From Amphiscolops sp. MND2022 (lineage: Eukaryota): a DNA stretch of 64,000 nucleotides. How positions within the stretch are numbered: position 1 is the stretch's first letter; each line of letters begins with the position of its first letter. Positions 41,104 to 53,300 of the stretch are shown one piece after another. Under the pieces are notes generated by a model. The model saw only the letters and a program-made list of their open reading frames with translations. It ran no database searches and had not been told where the DNA came from. The translations under genes were made by a program, and so were the position numbers. Location: positions 41,108,001-41,172,000 of the forward strand of contig OZ076409.1 of assembly GCA_964187785.1 (NCBI GenBank). Direction: 5' to 3'.

Positions 41104-43557
41104 CTAAGAACAAAAGTGAAGCATTTTTAAAATTTACAATGTACAGCAATGAAGGTCTGACGATCTTCAGACCAAACTCTTCACCCGAAGCATGAATCAG
41201 GCGTGTTTCTACAGGTTTTATTTATTTTTCAACACTCAAAAAAGCCTCTGCTTCAGTTTGCAGTAAGACTATCGCCGTGTGTTGTATACATGTTACTATG
41301 AAATTATTCAAAATCACAAATTTGCGATATATTGACGAATCTAATGCAAGCAGCGTTGAATTAGGATGGAGGAAAGGATATCATTGAAAGTTATTTATTT
41401 GCTTCTACGTTGTCGGGAGCTCTAATATTCACTGTCTAGCACTAATTAAGTCAATTGGAAGTTCATGGATAAAATGTCGAGAAATGTTCCGTAGAAGTCG
41501 CATCCAACACAGCCAGTGCTGCATTAGATGCGTTGTTATTCAAAGTGAACTACAATGAAAAAATGATTTTTACGGACTATATTGATTAGCATCTGGGACT
41601 GAATTGGAAATTTGTTCGAAATCGTAGTTTAGTTCTATTTCCAGTAAAAATGACGGGCATATAAAACTGTTTTTTTTTTCATGTCAATGCGAGCTCAGTT
41701 AACTGATAACCAACAAATCGGTTTTTGTTGACGTCAATGAGTCTCGAAACAATTGACAGGAAAACGAGACCAAAAATTAGTATTCAAACAACTGAATTCC
41801 GCTGTACCAAAAACTATTCCTTTTTGGCAAACTCTCTTTGCCACAAAATGAACATTGATGAATTTCTTTCAGCTAGGCCAGGTCGCTTGTTGCAAAAATC
41901 TAACCAGCCAGCCACTCACTAAGCTCCGATGGATTTCGAAAACAATTCGATTAAAATCATTCGAACTCATCTCACAAGAAGCAAACAAACTATTCACTCA
42001 AGACACATATAAGTGCGAAGGAGTGGATCTTCGGAGGAAGGGGCTATGCACCTTCTCAGGTTGGAGTCCCCAATAACGAGAACAGTGGTGCTAAGAACAA
42101 ATGAAGCATTTTTTGAATTAACAATGTACGGCAATGTACCAAACTCTTCACCCGAAACGTGAATCAGGCGTGTTTTTAGGTTTTAATTATTTTTCAAGAC
42201 TCAAAAAAGCATCCGCTTGTTTGCAGTAGGACTATCGCCGTGTGTTAAATACATGTTACTATGAATTTATTAAAAACACAAAATTGCGATTTATTGATGA
42301 ATCTAACGCAAGCAACGTTGCATTAGGATGTAGAAAAGGATATCATTGAAAGTTATTTTTTTTTGCTTCTACGTTGTTGGAAGTTTTAATATTTTTTGTC
42401 TACCACTAAGAAAGTCGATTGAAAGTTCATGGATAAAATGTCGAGAAGTGTTCCGTAAGAAGTCGCATCCAACACAGCCAGTGCTGCATTAGAGGCATTG
42501 TTATTCAAATTGAACTATATAAAAAAGTGATTTTACGGACCAGATTGATTAGCATCTGGGATTGAAATAGAAAGTTGTTCGAAATCCTAGTTTGGTTCTA
42601 TTTCCAGTAAAAATGGCGGTCATATAAAACTGTTTTTTTCATGTCAATGCGAGCTCAGTTATCTGATAACCAACAAATCGGTTTTTGCTGCTGTCAATGA
42701 GTCTCGAAACAGTTGACAGGAAAACGAGACCAAAAATTAGTATTCAAACGACTGAATTCCGCTGTACCAAAAACTTTTCATTTTTGGCAAACTCTCTTTG
42801 CCACAAAATGAACATTGATGAATTTCTTTCAGCTAGGCCAGGTCGCTTGTTGCAAAAATCTAACCAGCCAGCCACTCACTAAGCTCCGATGGATTTCGAA
42901 AACAATTCGATTAAAATCATTCGAACTCATCTCACAAGAAGCAAACAAACTATTCACTCAAGACACATATAAGTGCGAAGGAGTGGATCTTCGGAGGAAG
43001 GGGCTATGCACCTTCTCAGGTTGGAGTCCCCAATAACGAGAACAGTGGTGCTAAGAACAAATGAAGCATTTTTTGAATTAACAATGTACGGCAATGTACC
43101 AAACTCTTCACCCGAAACGTGAATCAGGCGTGTTTTTTTAGGTTTTAATTATTTTTCAAGACTCAAAAAAGCATCCGCTTGTTTGCAGTAGGACTATCGC
43201 CGTGTGTTAAATACATGTTACTATGAAATTATTAAAAACACAAATTTGCGATTTATTGATGAATCTAACGCAAGCAGCGTTGCATTAAGATGGAGAAAAG
43301 GATATCATTGAAAGTTATTTTTTTGCTTCTACGTTGTTGGGAGTTCTAGTATTCACTGTCTAGCACTAAGAAAGTCAATTGAAAGTTCATGGATAAGGAT
43401 AAAATGTCGAGAAGTGTTCCGCAAGAAGTCTCATCCAACACAGCCAGTGCTGCATTAGATGCGTTGTTATTCAAATTGAACTATAATGAAAAAATGAATT
43501 TTACGGACTATATTGATTAGCATCTGGAACTGAATTAGAAATTTGTTCGAAATCCTA
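40945..43557. repeat. Tandem array, ~960-bp unit, ~2.7 copies, each with the GDS exon
   Basis: Near-identical ORF pairs 41725/42685 and 41855/42815 are 960 bp apart; more diverged copy from 40945. Confidence 0.95.
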
Positions 43558-43578
43558 TTGAACATTTCTCGCAAAATT

Positions 43579-46500
43579 CTAGTTGTGTTCGAAACCTTCT
43601 TCGATCAAACTGACAAGACAGTTCTCTATGTTACCAGAAAGAAAAACTACTCTGGTAGCTTGAAAGTCATTAACTTCAGCTGTGTCATAATTGGGATCCA
43701 GATCTCCGATCTCGTAGTAAAACGTTGTTGTTGAGTTGACAAAAGATTTTGGTCTTGCTAAACGGTATTTCTGAACAATCACAGTAGTTGATCCTTTCGG
43801 GTCATGATGATAAATTACAGTGACAACGAAATCCCCGTTCTTCAATCTTGTTATACACTCGCTCCAGTTTCTCTCGAGTCGCGAGTATGACAAGGAAGCC
43901 AAGACTTGCGACCAGCAGGGAAAGCGATAACGACTGCAAAAATGTCCCGGTCCACACTCGAGTGTTGCGAAAGTCTTACTTGTTCCCACCGGCGCTGTGA
44001 AGGCATCATCGAGAACTTCAGCTTCAATTAAAGCAGGTACTCTTTGCTGGCGTAGCAAAAAGTTATCCACTACATGCGACAAACTTTTGTTAGTCCCTTG
44101 AACGGAGCTTAATAAGAAGTGGTTGGCCGACTCGAAGGCAAACGCTGAGTTTCTCCAGAGCGGACCTTTACGGTGTACCTGTTGAGTAACATGGAGGAGT
44201 TTTGTAAAAAAAAAGAACTCGAAACAACACAAACTGATGACGACAATAAACGAATTTTCAGTCATCCCCGTTTTGTTTTCAAAAAGGCCTCATACGTTGC
44301 CAAAAAATGTGCTTCTCGTAGCCTGATTGCTGTGACACAAGATTCTAAATGAATGAGTTTTTAGAAAAAAACCTTGAAAAACGATTTTTATCGACAACTT
44401 CAAAAAGGAAAGTAACTCATCCCTGATCAGTTAGATGTCGCAAAGTTTGGAAGTTGAAACTCTGGGAATCACGGCCATAAAGCTCAACGAAGTTCGCTAG
44501 GAAGTCACATGTGAGTTTCGTTGACTCTGAAAGGTGGGATTCAACACACTTTCTCATTGAGAGTAGCCTTATAACATATGATAACTGGTTGAAGGAAAGG
44601 TGGAACTCGTATTGTATTAGTCCTTCCAAACAAAAACTGCCATAGTGAAAAAGGAAACATTTGAAGTCCCTGGCTTTCCAAAAAAGCAACTCAGAAAGCG
44701 GTTTCGCCTTCACGTTCAAGTACCTTGGACTTCTACAGTTTCTTAGACGATCTTCTGCTATCACACTGTTATGTTTTGACAAAGACCCAACAAGAGCAAC
44801 AATTATTGACTTTGCACACCCCAGAAAAACTTGGTGCATGGCATCAATGGGTACGTCAAAAGGTATTTGAATGATTTCGTCCAAAAAGCATCGTCCTTTT
44901 ATCCCATTCACAATTTTTTTCTCATATTCAGCTGAGATTGCATTGGCACGGAAATCGCTGGGAGAACGGCACACGAAGGGTTCTGTACATGGATAAAGGT
45001 ACCGATGATTTTCGTGAATGCCGCGCATATAACAATATATGCAACCATTGCAGCCATTAAACTGTACAACATTCAGCGATGGGGCTTTGGCTATCATATC
45101 GCAGATGAAATCTCCAAAAACAACTTTAAAATATTTCGCCAATTTATTGCTGTAAATGCCGGACTGGATGTCTAACAACTCTTTCTTGATGAGAGATCCA
45201 CAGTTCTTAAAATCCGGCTTTCCCTTACCTAGTTGAATTACCTAGTTGAAATTGATCTAACGTTTTGCAATTACATGTCCAGTCTAAAGCGAAAAATAGT
45301 AATGTTTTCGGAACTTTTTGACTTACATGAAACCGAATCGGGCAATAATTTGACAGTGTTCGATTAACTATACATACTTCCGAGATAGATATATAAAAGA
45401 AGTGCTGACTCTTTCATCTGGTTATAGTCGCAGATTAACTTCGGAAATTTATCAAAACTCGATTCAAAGCACCAGAGTGGTCTTACTTTAAAGAAGGCAA
45501 ACTCTCGTCATGTGTTGAGCAAAAAAACATGAACCGAACAAAACATCCGCAAAAAGTCCATCTGCTGCTCAAATCATTTCATTCTCGAAAAAAGTTTTTG
45601 AAAAGAATTTCAGCTAAGTTCACCTTTCCACAAAGCAATGAGTATCATATTCTCGAGGGCTGTTCGGCGAGGATTGGGAATATTGTCAATGAAAGCCCAA
45701 AAAGGCCAGAAGGACATGTTTGCGGAACGAAACGGAGAAGCGCCGTCTGTATTCCAAAACAACGTAAGTGTTTCTTCTCCAATCAAAGCATCATGATTCC
45801 TATCAACAACACGTGAAATCTGTTTTCTGGCGTCTAAAACCTCAAAGCCTTCAGCTGTGATTTTTGCTCTGCGGTGGTTCAAACTTTTGGGGACGTTGTT
45901 TGGCGTCGGTAGGAGAACCCTGATTAACTTCAGAAGTTCCTTCAAAGCATTGTCCGCCAGTTTATGTCGTACTGTGAAATCAATTACCTTGTTGCGAAAA
46001 CTTTCAACTGTCATGCTTGAGCCATCGAAGAGAAAAAAGTCATCACCAGATGAACTTTCTTCGTTGCTATTCGAGTCGGCACTTTGTTCCACAAAAGAAA
46101 ACTCCAGAGGACTTGGTAGATGCAAAGGCGTCGAACAACGAATGACTTCAGCATCGACAATTTCCGACTGTTCTCCAGTGGACTGGATAGCAGAGGAACA
46201 GGATAGTAAACGTGTTTCACTAGGTCCGGATGAACTGGAGTAAGATGAATCAGAACTTTCAAAACAAATACTCTGGTTTGATGTTTGTTGCACTTTGGGT
46301 TTTTTGCCCTGATGATTACCGTAACGCCCGACGATTCTTTTCGATTGTCTTTCAGGCAGTTCCACTTGCTTTGTTTTGACTGTACATGGACCAATATGTG
46401 TTTCAGTTAACTTTTTTTTCCTTCGCGACCGTTTCATTTCCTTAACTCTCCCCTTTTCGCCCGTAAAGCGCGCTTGAGCCCGAGTTCGACTGCTCAAAAC

Positions 46501-47294
46501 AAGAATTCCTGTACCATGGAATTCAATATGGGGACAAAGACAATCCATGTTATTCACTCCAAAGTACTCTGGCCCGTATTTCACTGTTATCTCTTCACCT
46601 CTCGTGATATTTCGCAGTAGTCGCAGCGACATCAATTGATCTTGGAAAACAACATGATTGGCTGGTGTCAAACAACAAGTTTTGATGTTTTATCATAGGT
46701 CCTTCAGGGTTTTATTAAAACCATCAATTTATACCTGATACCAATTTAGGCAGTATCAAAATTTTCTCGGATTCATTCAGTGTTTTCCAACTTTCGGGAT
46801 AACCAGTTAATTTCAGGTGTTTTCAATTTTATGAAAGAATTTAATGAAACCGTTTTATTGAGCGAACCATGTTTGACAATATAGACTGCATTCGGCCAAC
46901 ACGAATGGTTTACAAACGACAAAGGGCCTAACATCAGCTCTTCACCTTTGCGCTTGAAAATCGAAACGCTGATATCTTCAGGAAAATCGTCAGACTTTGG
47001 TAATTTGGCAAGAAACCCATCCAAATTGATAAAAGATTCTTTTTCTATTTCCTTCTTTGCGAAAACGCCGAGATTCGTATACCTTAGTGAAGGTAAATAA
47101 TCAACTGGACGGAACTCGAAATCAATACAAGCCTCTGCATACTTCTCAGTCATCAAATCGACGAGATTCTTGTTGATCTTATCACTCGAATTTGGTATCA
47201 GAACTTTGTGAGACTGCACTTGGGAGTTGTCGAACATCTGATTGGTAACATAGGCGTCAGCGATTGCTAGTTCTTTCCAGGTAAATTTGATCAT
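43579..47294 (-). CDS. SUV4-20 (KMT5B/C)-like SET domain fused to CACTA/EnSpm transposase; exons 47294-46868, 46640-45624, 45228-44423, 44178-43579 (~949 aa)
   Basis: SET: KELAIADAYVT..FD....SHK, LMLGPLSFVNHSCWPN, LRNITRGEEITVKYGPEYFGVNNMDCLC..GTG. Transposase: NTDGASPF..S.WP, LWKGKGKP, DMIAK..QFNGCNGCIYC, DAMHQVFLG, WKARD, GPLW..SAFAFES. Exon phases 1,1,0 are consistent (2850 nt); third donor is non-canonical GG. Confidence 0.88.
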
Positions 47295-47556
47295 ATCAGT
47301 TGTCACTTTTTCTGAAAAAAATCAAAACACAATACTGTAAGATCACCTTGCGCGTTTGACCAACACATGTGAGTGTTCAAACATCCACGAATGTTCCAAG
47401 TATTTTTAGTTCAGCTATAAGTAACAGTTATAATTGCACTCAAGTCTGAATGTTTTCCTTTACATTGATGATGCCTTGCTTTGAATACCAATTTCATCAA
47501 ATTTATATTTCACAAGAAACTAGAAAAATCAAACATATACTATTCAAAAATTCTCA

Positions 47557-48025
47557 TTGTTCTTCATCCTGCTTTTAATTTCAGTGCCAAGTTGATTGAC
47601 GCTGTTTCTTGCTTTGACATAGAACCCAGCTACTGAAGCGAATTTGTGCTCGATGCACTCTGAACATAGACAAAGATCTATTATTTAATGGGAAGTCAGT
47701 GGAAAATTTGGCGAAAATTAGGTCAAAGTTTACCACAAGTTATCGTGAATTAGAATGTTACCTCCAAGTCGAACAATGGTAATTACCTCGAAATAGCGCT
47801 TTTCTGGTGGGCGTCATCGCAACCCGCGGCGTTTGCATATACTCCAGGTCTTTACCTGGGGACATGATGCAAGAAGCAAGTTCCTCCTTAGACTAAAAGA
47901 CGCGAGCAATGTTTCGACCGTAAAGTGATGGTGGGTAACCAGTTAATGTCAAAAGGTCCTTTCCATCAAATATTTTCTGAGCTTGTGGCTCATCTTGGGA
48001 AGGTGCCACATTATCATGTTCCACG
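47557..48025 (-). pseudogene. Partial duplicate of the BEN-domain exons with premature stop
   Basis: Copy of ~48700-49160; IARVF*SKEEL (TGG to TAG) but correct frame RKALFR|ECIEHKF across the intron. Confidence 0.75.
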
Positions 48026-48649
48026 TATTTTTAGTTTAGCTATAAGTAACAGTTATAATTGCACTGAAGTCTGATTGTTTTCCCTTAACATTGATGATGC
48101 CTTGCTTTGAATACCTAATTCATCAATTTATATTTCACAAGAAACTAGAAAAATCAAACATATACTATTCAAAAATTCTCCCGTGACACAGGATTGCCAG
48201 ATAGAACAAAAAAGCAAGCAAATATTCATCTGAAGGAATTTGATTCAGGTGTCACTTTGGTTAAATCTAAAACCCCTTACACACAGAGAATCGTTTGTCT
48301 CAAATGCATTTCCTTTCTGTCACAGCCAGTGCTGCACCAGAAAACCGCATGTGGTTCTTGCAAAAGTCCTCCATTTTCAAAAATTTTCTTCTTTGAAATG
48401 ACCAAGACTGGTTTTGGAACAATATTATTAACTTCCTTTCTAATGACGCTTGAAAATCCAAAGATTGACAACTTTCACGTGAACAATGAGATGTTGCGTT
48501 ATCACAGTAATAACATAAAAGAACAAAAGCAAAGTTTTCTCCAGACAGATGTGCTAGAGTGTCTTCAACAAAAAAGTATTCGGAAACCTCTCATATTCTC
48601 TGGACCATAAGTTTACCGAAAGATCCAGTTTCTTGGCAAATGGTTTGCT

Positions 48650-50359
48650 TTAGGGGGTGTCGACTCCCAGGAGTCCAACTACAGGTGATTCCGTTGACTT
48701 GTTCTTCATCCTGCTTTTAATTTCAGTGCCAAGTTGATTGACGCTGTTTCTTGCTTTGACATAGGACCCAGCGACTGAAGCGAATTTGTGCTCGATGCAT
48801 TCTGAACATAGACAAAGATCTATTACTTAATGGGAAGTCTGTGGAAAATTTGGAGAAAATTAGGTCAAAGTTTACCACAAGTTATCGTGAATTAGATTGT
48901 TACCTCCAAGTCGAACAATGGTAATTACCTCGAAATAGCGCTTTCTGGTGGGCGTCATTGCAACCCGCGGCGTTTGCATATACTCCAGGTCTTTACCTGG
49001 GGACATGATGCAAGAAGCAAGTTCCTCCTTAGACCAAAGGACGCGAGCAATGTTTCGTCCGTAGAGTGATGGTGCGTCATCAGGAAATGTCAAAAGGTCC
49101 TTTCCATCAAACATTTTCTGAGCTTGTGGCTCATCTTGGGAAGGTGCCACATAATCATGTTTGCTTTGGAGCCAATCCATTACCAACGTTTGCGTCTTTA
49201 TCTGAATAAAATTGGTTTTAAGTGTCAGTTTGGTTAAATCTGAAACCCTCCACACCCAGAGAATCGTTTTTCTCAAATACATTCCTTTTCCGACACAGCC
49301 AGTGCTGCACCAGAAAACCAAATGTGGTTCTTGCAAAACCACATGTGGATGTTGCCAAAAGTCCTCCTTTTTTACGTTTAGGTTATTTGTAACAAGTTCA
49401 TTGCTGTTTATAACATTTTGGAGTGACGAAAAAGCCTGACACACTGCTGTACACTGTTTCCTAAATTGCAAAGTTTACAACGAAGTTGAACCTACTGTGT
49501 AAAGACGACTGCGAGGAAATGGAAAGGTTTATATCGGAAACGAAGAAGCTAAACAAGGACGAAGAAGTCTGAAACTATCCAATTAGTGGACTAAATTAAT
49601 TGATGAAGAAGAGAGTTGAAAACTATGTGAACTGACAAACATCCTCCCGCAAATAGGGGTTTTTAGAACAATATGCATCATCATAATAAGAACAACAAAT
49701 ACTAACAATTGATTTGAAATCCTTAACATTTTTTCTCCATCTGGACTCGCAATTGTCATGTGCAGATCTCGAAAGCTCGATTTTGTCCTCCATCCTCAGA
49801 AGACAACGAAGGGTTTGCTGCATGATTTCTTTCTAAAGACAGGAACATGTCCATTCAGTACAAAAAAAGCTTTATTGACTCTTTTAGCAAACATACCATT
49901 TCCGATATGTCCGCAGACATATTGTCTTCTTTACCCGAACTCGAACTTTTCTCCAATTTCGCACTTTTGGGGGGAGGGGCAAGTTCATCTTCACTGTCGG
50001 AATCCATTTCCATCGAAAAATGTGGAGACTCGGGGACGTTGGACACCTTACGCGCGTTGCCTTGACTCTGGTTGAGTGAAATATCAGAGACATTTATATT
50101 TTCGCCGTCCTCGATTCGTCTCATTATCTGCTCAGCTTCTTTTTCTTGCACTTTGACTTCGGCATTAGTGCCGAGGAACCAAATTTTTCCTACATAATCA
50201 CCGCTCGCGCAGCGAACAGTGATTTTATCATTTTTCGCGAGCCCTAAGCGCTCAACTAAGTCAAGTTTGACTATTGCAGGAGATCGGTAATCAAGGGCAA
50301 CGTACGAATTGTCCACAGTGAACCGCACTATAAAGGCACGATCTCTGTCTTCAAATTCC
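48650..50359 (-). pseudogene. BEN-domain accessory gene of the CACTA element; exons 50359-49897, 49832-49707, 49201-48929, 48801-48650, 1-nt frameshift
   Basis: Canonical GT-AG introns; coiled coil then FDGKDLL..PSLYGRNIARVLWSKEELASCIMSP..RVAMTP..ECIEHKF..ARNSVNQLG, a BEN-like pattern. Confidence 0.65.
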
Positions 50360-50399
50360 CTGAAACCTTTGTTGAGGCGCTTCGAGCTGAAATTGATAA

Positions 50400-53300
50400 C
50401 CAGCAATAAGGAACAGCTCACAAAATGAAATACGAGATCGAAAAATCCACTATTGGAAAAAACGAACCTTGTGTGTTTGCAAGTAAATTTTTAGTAGGTT
50501 GATAAAGTAAAAATTCGGAAGTTTAAATGTTGGACGGTTGTTTGAACATTATTGATTTTTTGAAAGTTTCCAGGACCTCTTTCGTCGGAAGTCGCATCTA
50601 CCACAGCCAGTGCCGCACTAGAAGTACAACCGACCATGGAAAAAAGTCTTTGGCGAACAGAAACCAATATCCGCCTTGTTAAGGTTCGCCGAAACTTTCT
50701 AATTGTTCCGACGAAAAAGTGAAAAATGGTACCGAATTGTGCACAAACTAGTTGGAGGATAACTTGAACTATAAGACAAGCGGAAAAATGCAATTCGTGA
50801 GAGACACAAAATATTACGATAGTCATGAGTCGGAAAGTCAAGGAGAACAATTTCCGTCCCTGTAAGTTAGGAGCAAAGCACAAATACGCGGGAAAATAGA
50901 AAACCACGTGAATCAAGTTATCTCCCGGAACACGATCGAAGCAACATGTAGAACTAACGAACTCGTAAGACCCCATTTGATGGAAATTTTCCGCAGCAAT
51001 AAGGAACAGCTCACAAAACGAAATACGCTAGAGATCAAAAAAACATTATTAGAAAAAACGAACTTTGTGTGTCTGCAAGTAAATTTTGTTTAGTAGGTTT
51101 AGTAGGTTGACGAAGTAAAAATTCGGAAGTTTAAATGTTAGACGTTGTTTGAACATTATTGATTTTTAGAAAGTTTCCAGGACCTCTTTCGTCGGAAGTC
51201 GCATCTACCACAGCCAGTGCCGCACTAGAAGTACAACCGACCATGGAAAAAAGTCTTTGGAGAACAGAAACCAATATCCGCCTTGTTACGGTTCGCCGAA
51301 ACTTTCTAATTGTTCCGACAAAAAAATCAAAAATGGTACCGAATCGTGCACAAACTAGTTGGAGGATAACTTGAACTATAAGACAAGCGGAAAAATGCAA
51401 TTCGTGAGAGACACGAAATATTACGATAGTCATGAGTCGGAAAGTCAAGGAGAACAATTTCCGTCCCTGTAAGTTAGGAGCAAAGCACAAATACGCGGGA
51501 AAATAGAAAACCACGTGAATCAAGTTATCTCCCGGAACACGATCGAAGCAACATGTAGAACTAACGAACTCGTAAGACCCCATTTGATGGAAATTTTCCG
51601 CAGCAATAAGGAACAGCTCACAAAACGAAATACGCTAGAGATCAAAAAAACATTATTAGAAAAAACGAACTTTGTGTGTCTGCAAGTAAATTTTGTTTAG
51701 TAGGTTTAGTAGGTTGACGAAGTAAAAATTCGGAAGTTTAAATGTTAGACGTTGTTTGAACATTATTGATTTTTAGAAAGTTTCCAGGACCTCTTTCGTC
51801 GGAAGTCGCATCTACCACAGCCAGTGCCGCACTAGAAGTACAACCGACCATGGAAAAAAGTCTTTGGAGAACAGAAACCAATATCCGCCTTGTTACGGTT
51901 CGCCGAAACTTTCTAATTGTTCCGACAAAAAAATCAAAAATGGTACCGAATCGTGCACAAACTAGTTGGAGGATAACTTGAACTATAAGACAAGCGGAAA
52001 AATGCAATTCGTGAGAGACACGAAATATTACGATAGTCATGAGTCGGAAAGTCAAGGAGAACAATTTCCGTCCCTGTAAGTTAGGAGCAAAGCACAAATA
52101 CGCGGGAAAATAGAAAACCACGTGAATCAAGTTATCTCCCGGAACACGATCGAAGCAACATGCAGAACTAACGAACTCCTAATACCCCATTTGATGGAAA
52201 TTTTCCGCAGCAATAAGGAACAGCTCACAAAACGAAATACGCTAGAGATCAAAAAAACATTATTAGAAAAAACGAACTTTGTGTGTCTGCAAGTAAATTT
52301 TGTTTAGTAGGTTTAGTAGGTTGACGAAGTAAAAATTCGGAAGTTTATATGTTAGACGTTGTTTGAACATTATTGATTTTTAGAAAGTTTCCAGGACCTC
52401 TTTCGTCGGAAGTCGCATCTACCACAGCCAGTGCCGCACTAGAAGTACAACCGACCATGGAAAAAAGTCTTTGGAGAACAGAAACCAATATCCGCCTTGT
52501 TACGGTTCGCCGAAACTTTCTAATTGTTCCGACAAAAAAATCAAAAATGGTACCGAATCGTGCACAAACTAGTTGGAGGATAACTTGAACTATAAGACAA
52601 GCGGAAAAATGCAATTCGTGAGAGACACGAAATATTACGATAGTCATGAGTCGGAAAGTCAAGGAGAACAATTTCCGTCCCTGTAAGTTAGGAGCAAAGC
52701 ACAAATACGCGGGAAAATAGAAAACCACGTGAATCAAGTTATCTCCCGGAACACGATCGAAGCAACATGTAGAACTAACGAACTCGTAAGACCCCATTTG
52801 ATGGAAATTTTCCGCAGCAATAAGGAACAGCTCACAAAACGAAATACGCTAGAGATCAAAAAAACATTATTAGAAAAAACGAACTTTGTGTGTCTGCAAG
52901 TAAATTTTGTTTAGTAGGTTTAGTAGGTTGACGAAGTAAAAATTCGGAAGTTTAAATGTTAGACGTTGTTTGAACATTATTGATTTTTAGAAAGTTTCCA
53001 GGACCTCTTTCGTCGGAAGTCGCATCTACCACAGCCAGTGCCGCACTAGAAGTACAACCGACCATGGAAAAAAGTCTTTGGAGAACAGAAACCAATATCC
53101 GCCTTGTTACGGTTCGCCGAAACTTTCTAATTGTTCCGACAAAAAAATCAAAAATGGTACCGAATCGTGCACAAACTAGTTGGAGGATAACTTGAACTAT
53201 AAGACAAGCGGAAAAATGCAATTCGTGAGAGACACGAAATATTACGACAGTCATGAGTCGGAAAGTCAAGGAGAACAATTTCCGTCCCTGTAAGTTAGGA

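Noticed and set aside
43579..47294. SETMAR/Metnase orthologue or the host Suv4-20 gene
   Set aside because: The transposase is CACTA-type rather than mariner, the SET is SUV4-20-like, and the gene lies within TIRs and a TSD
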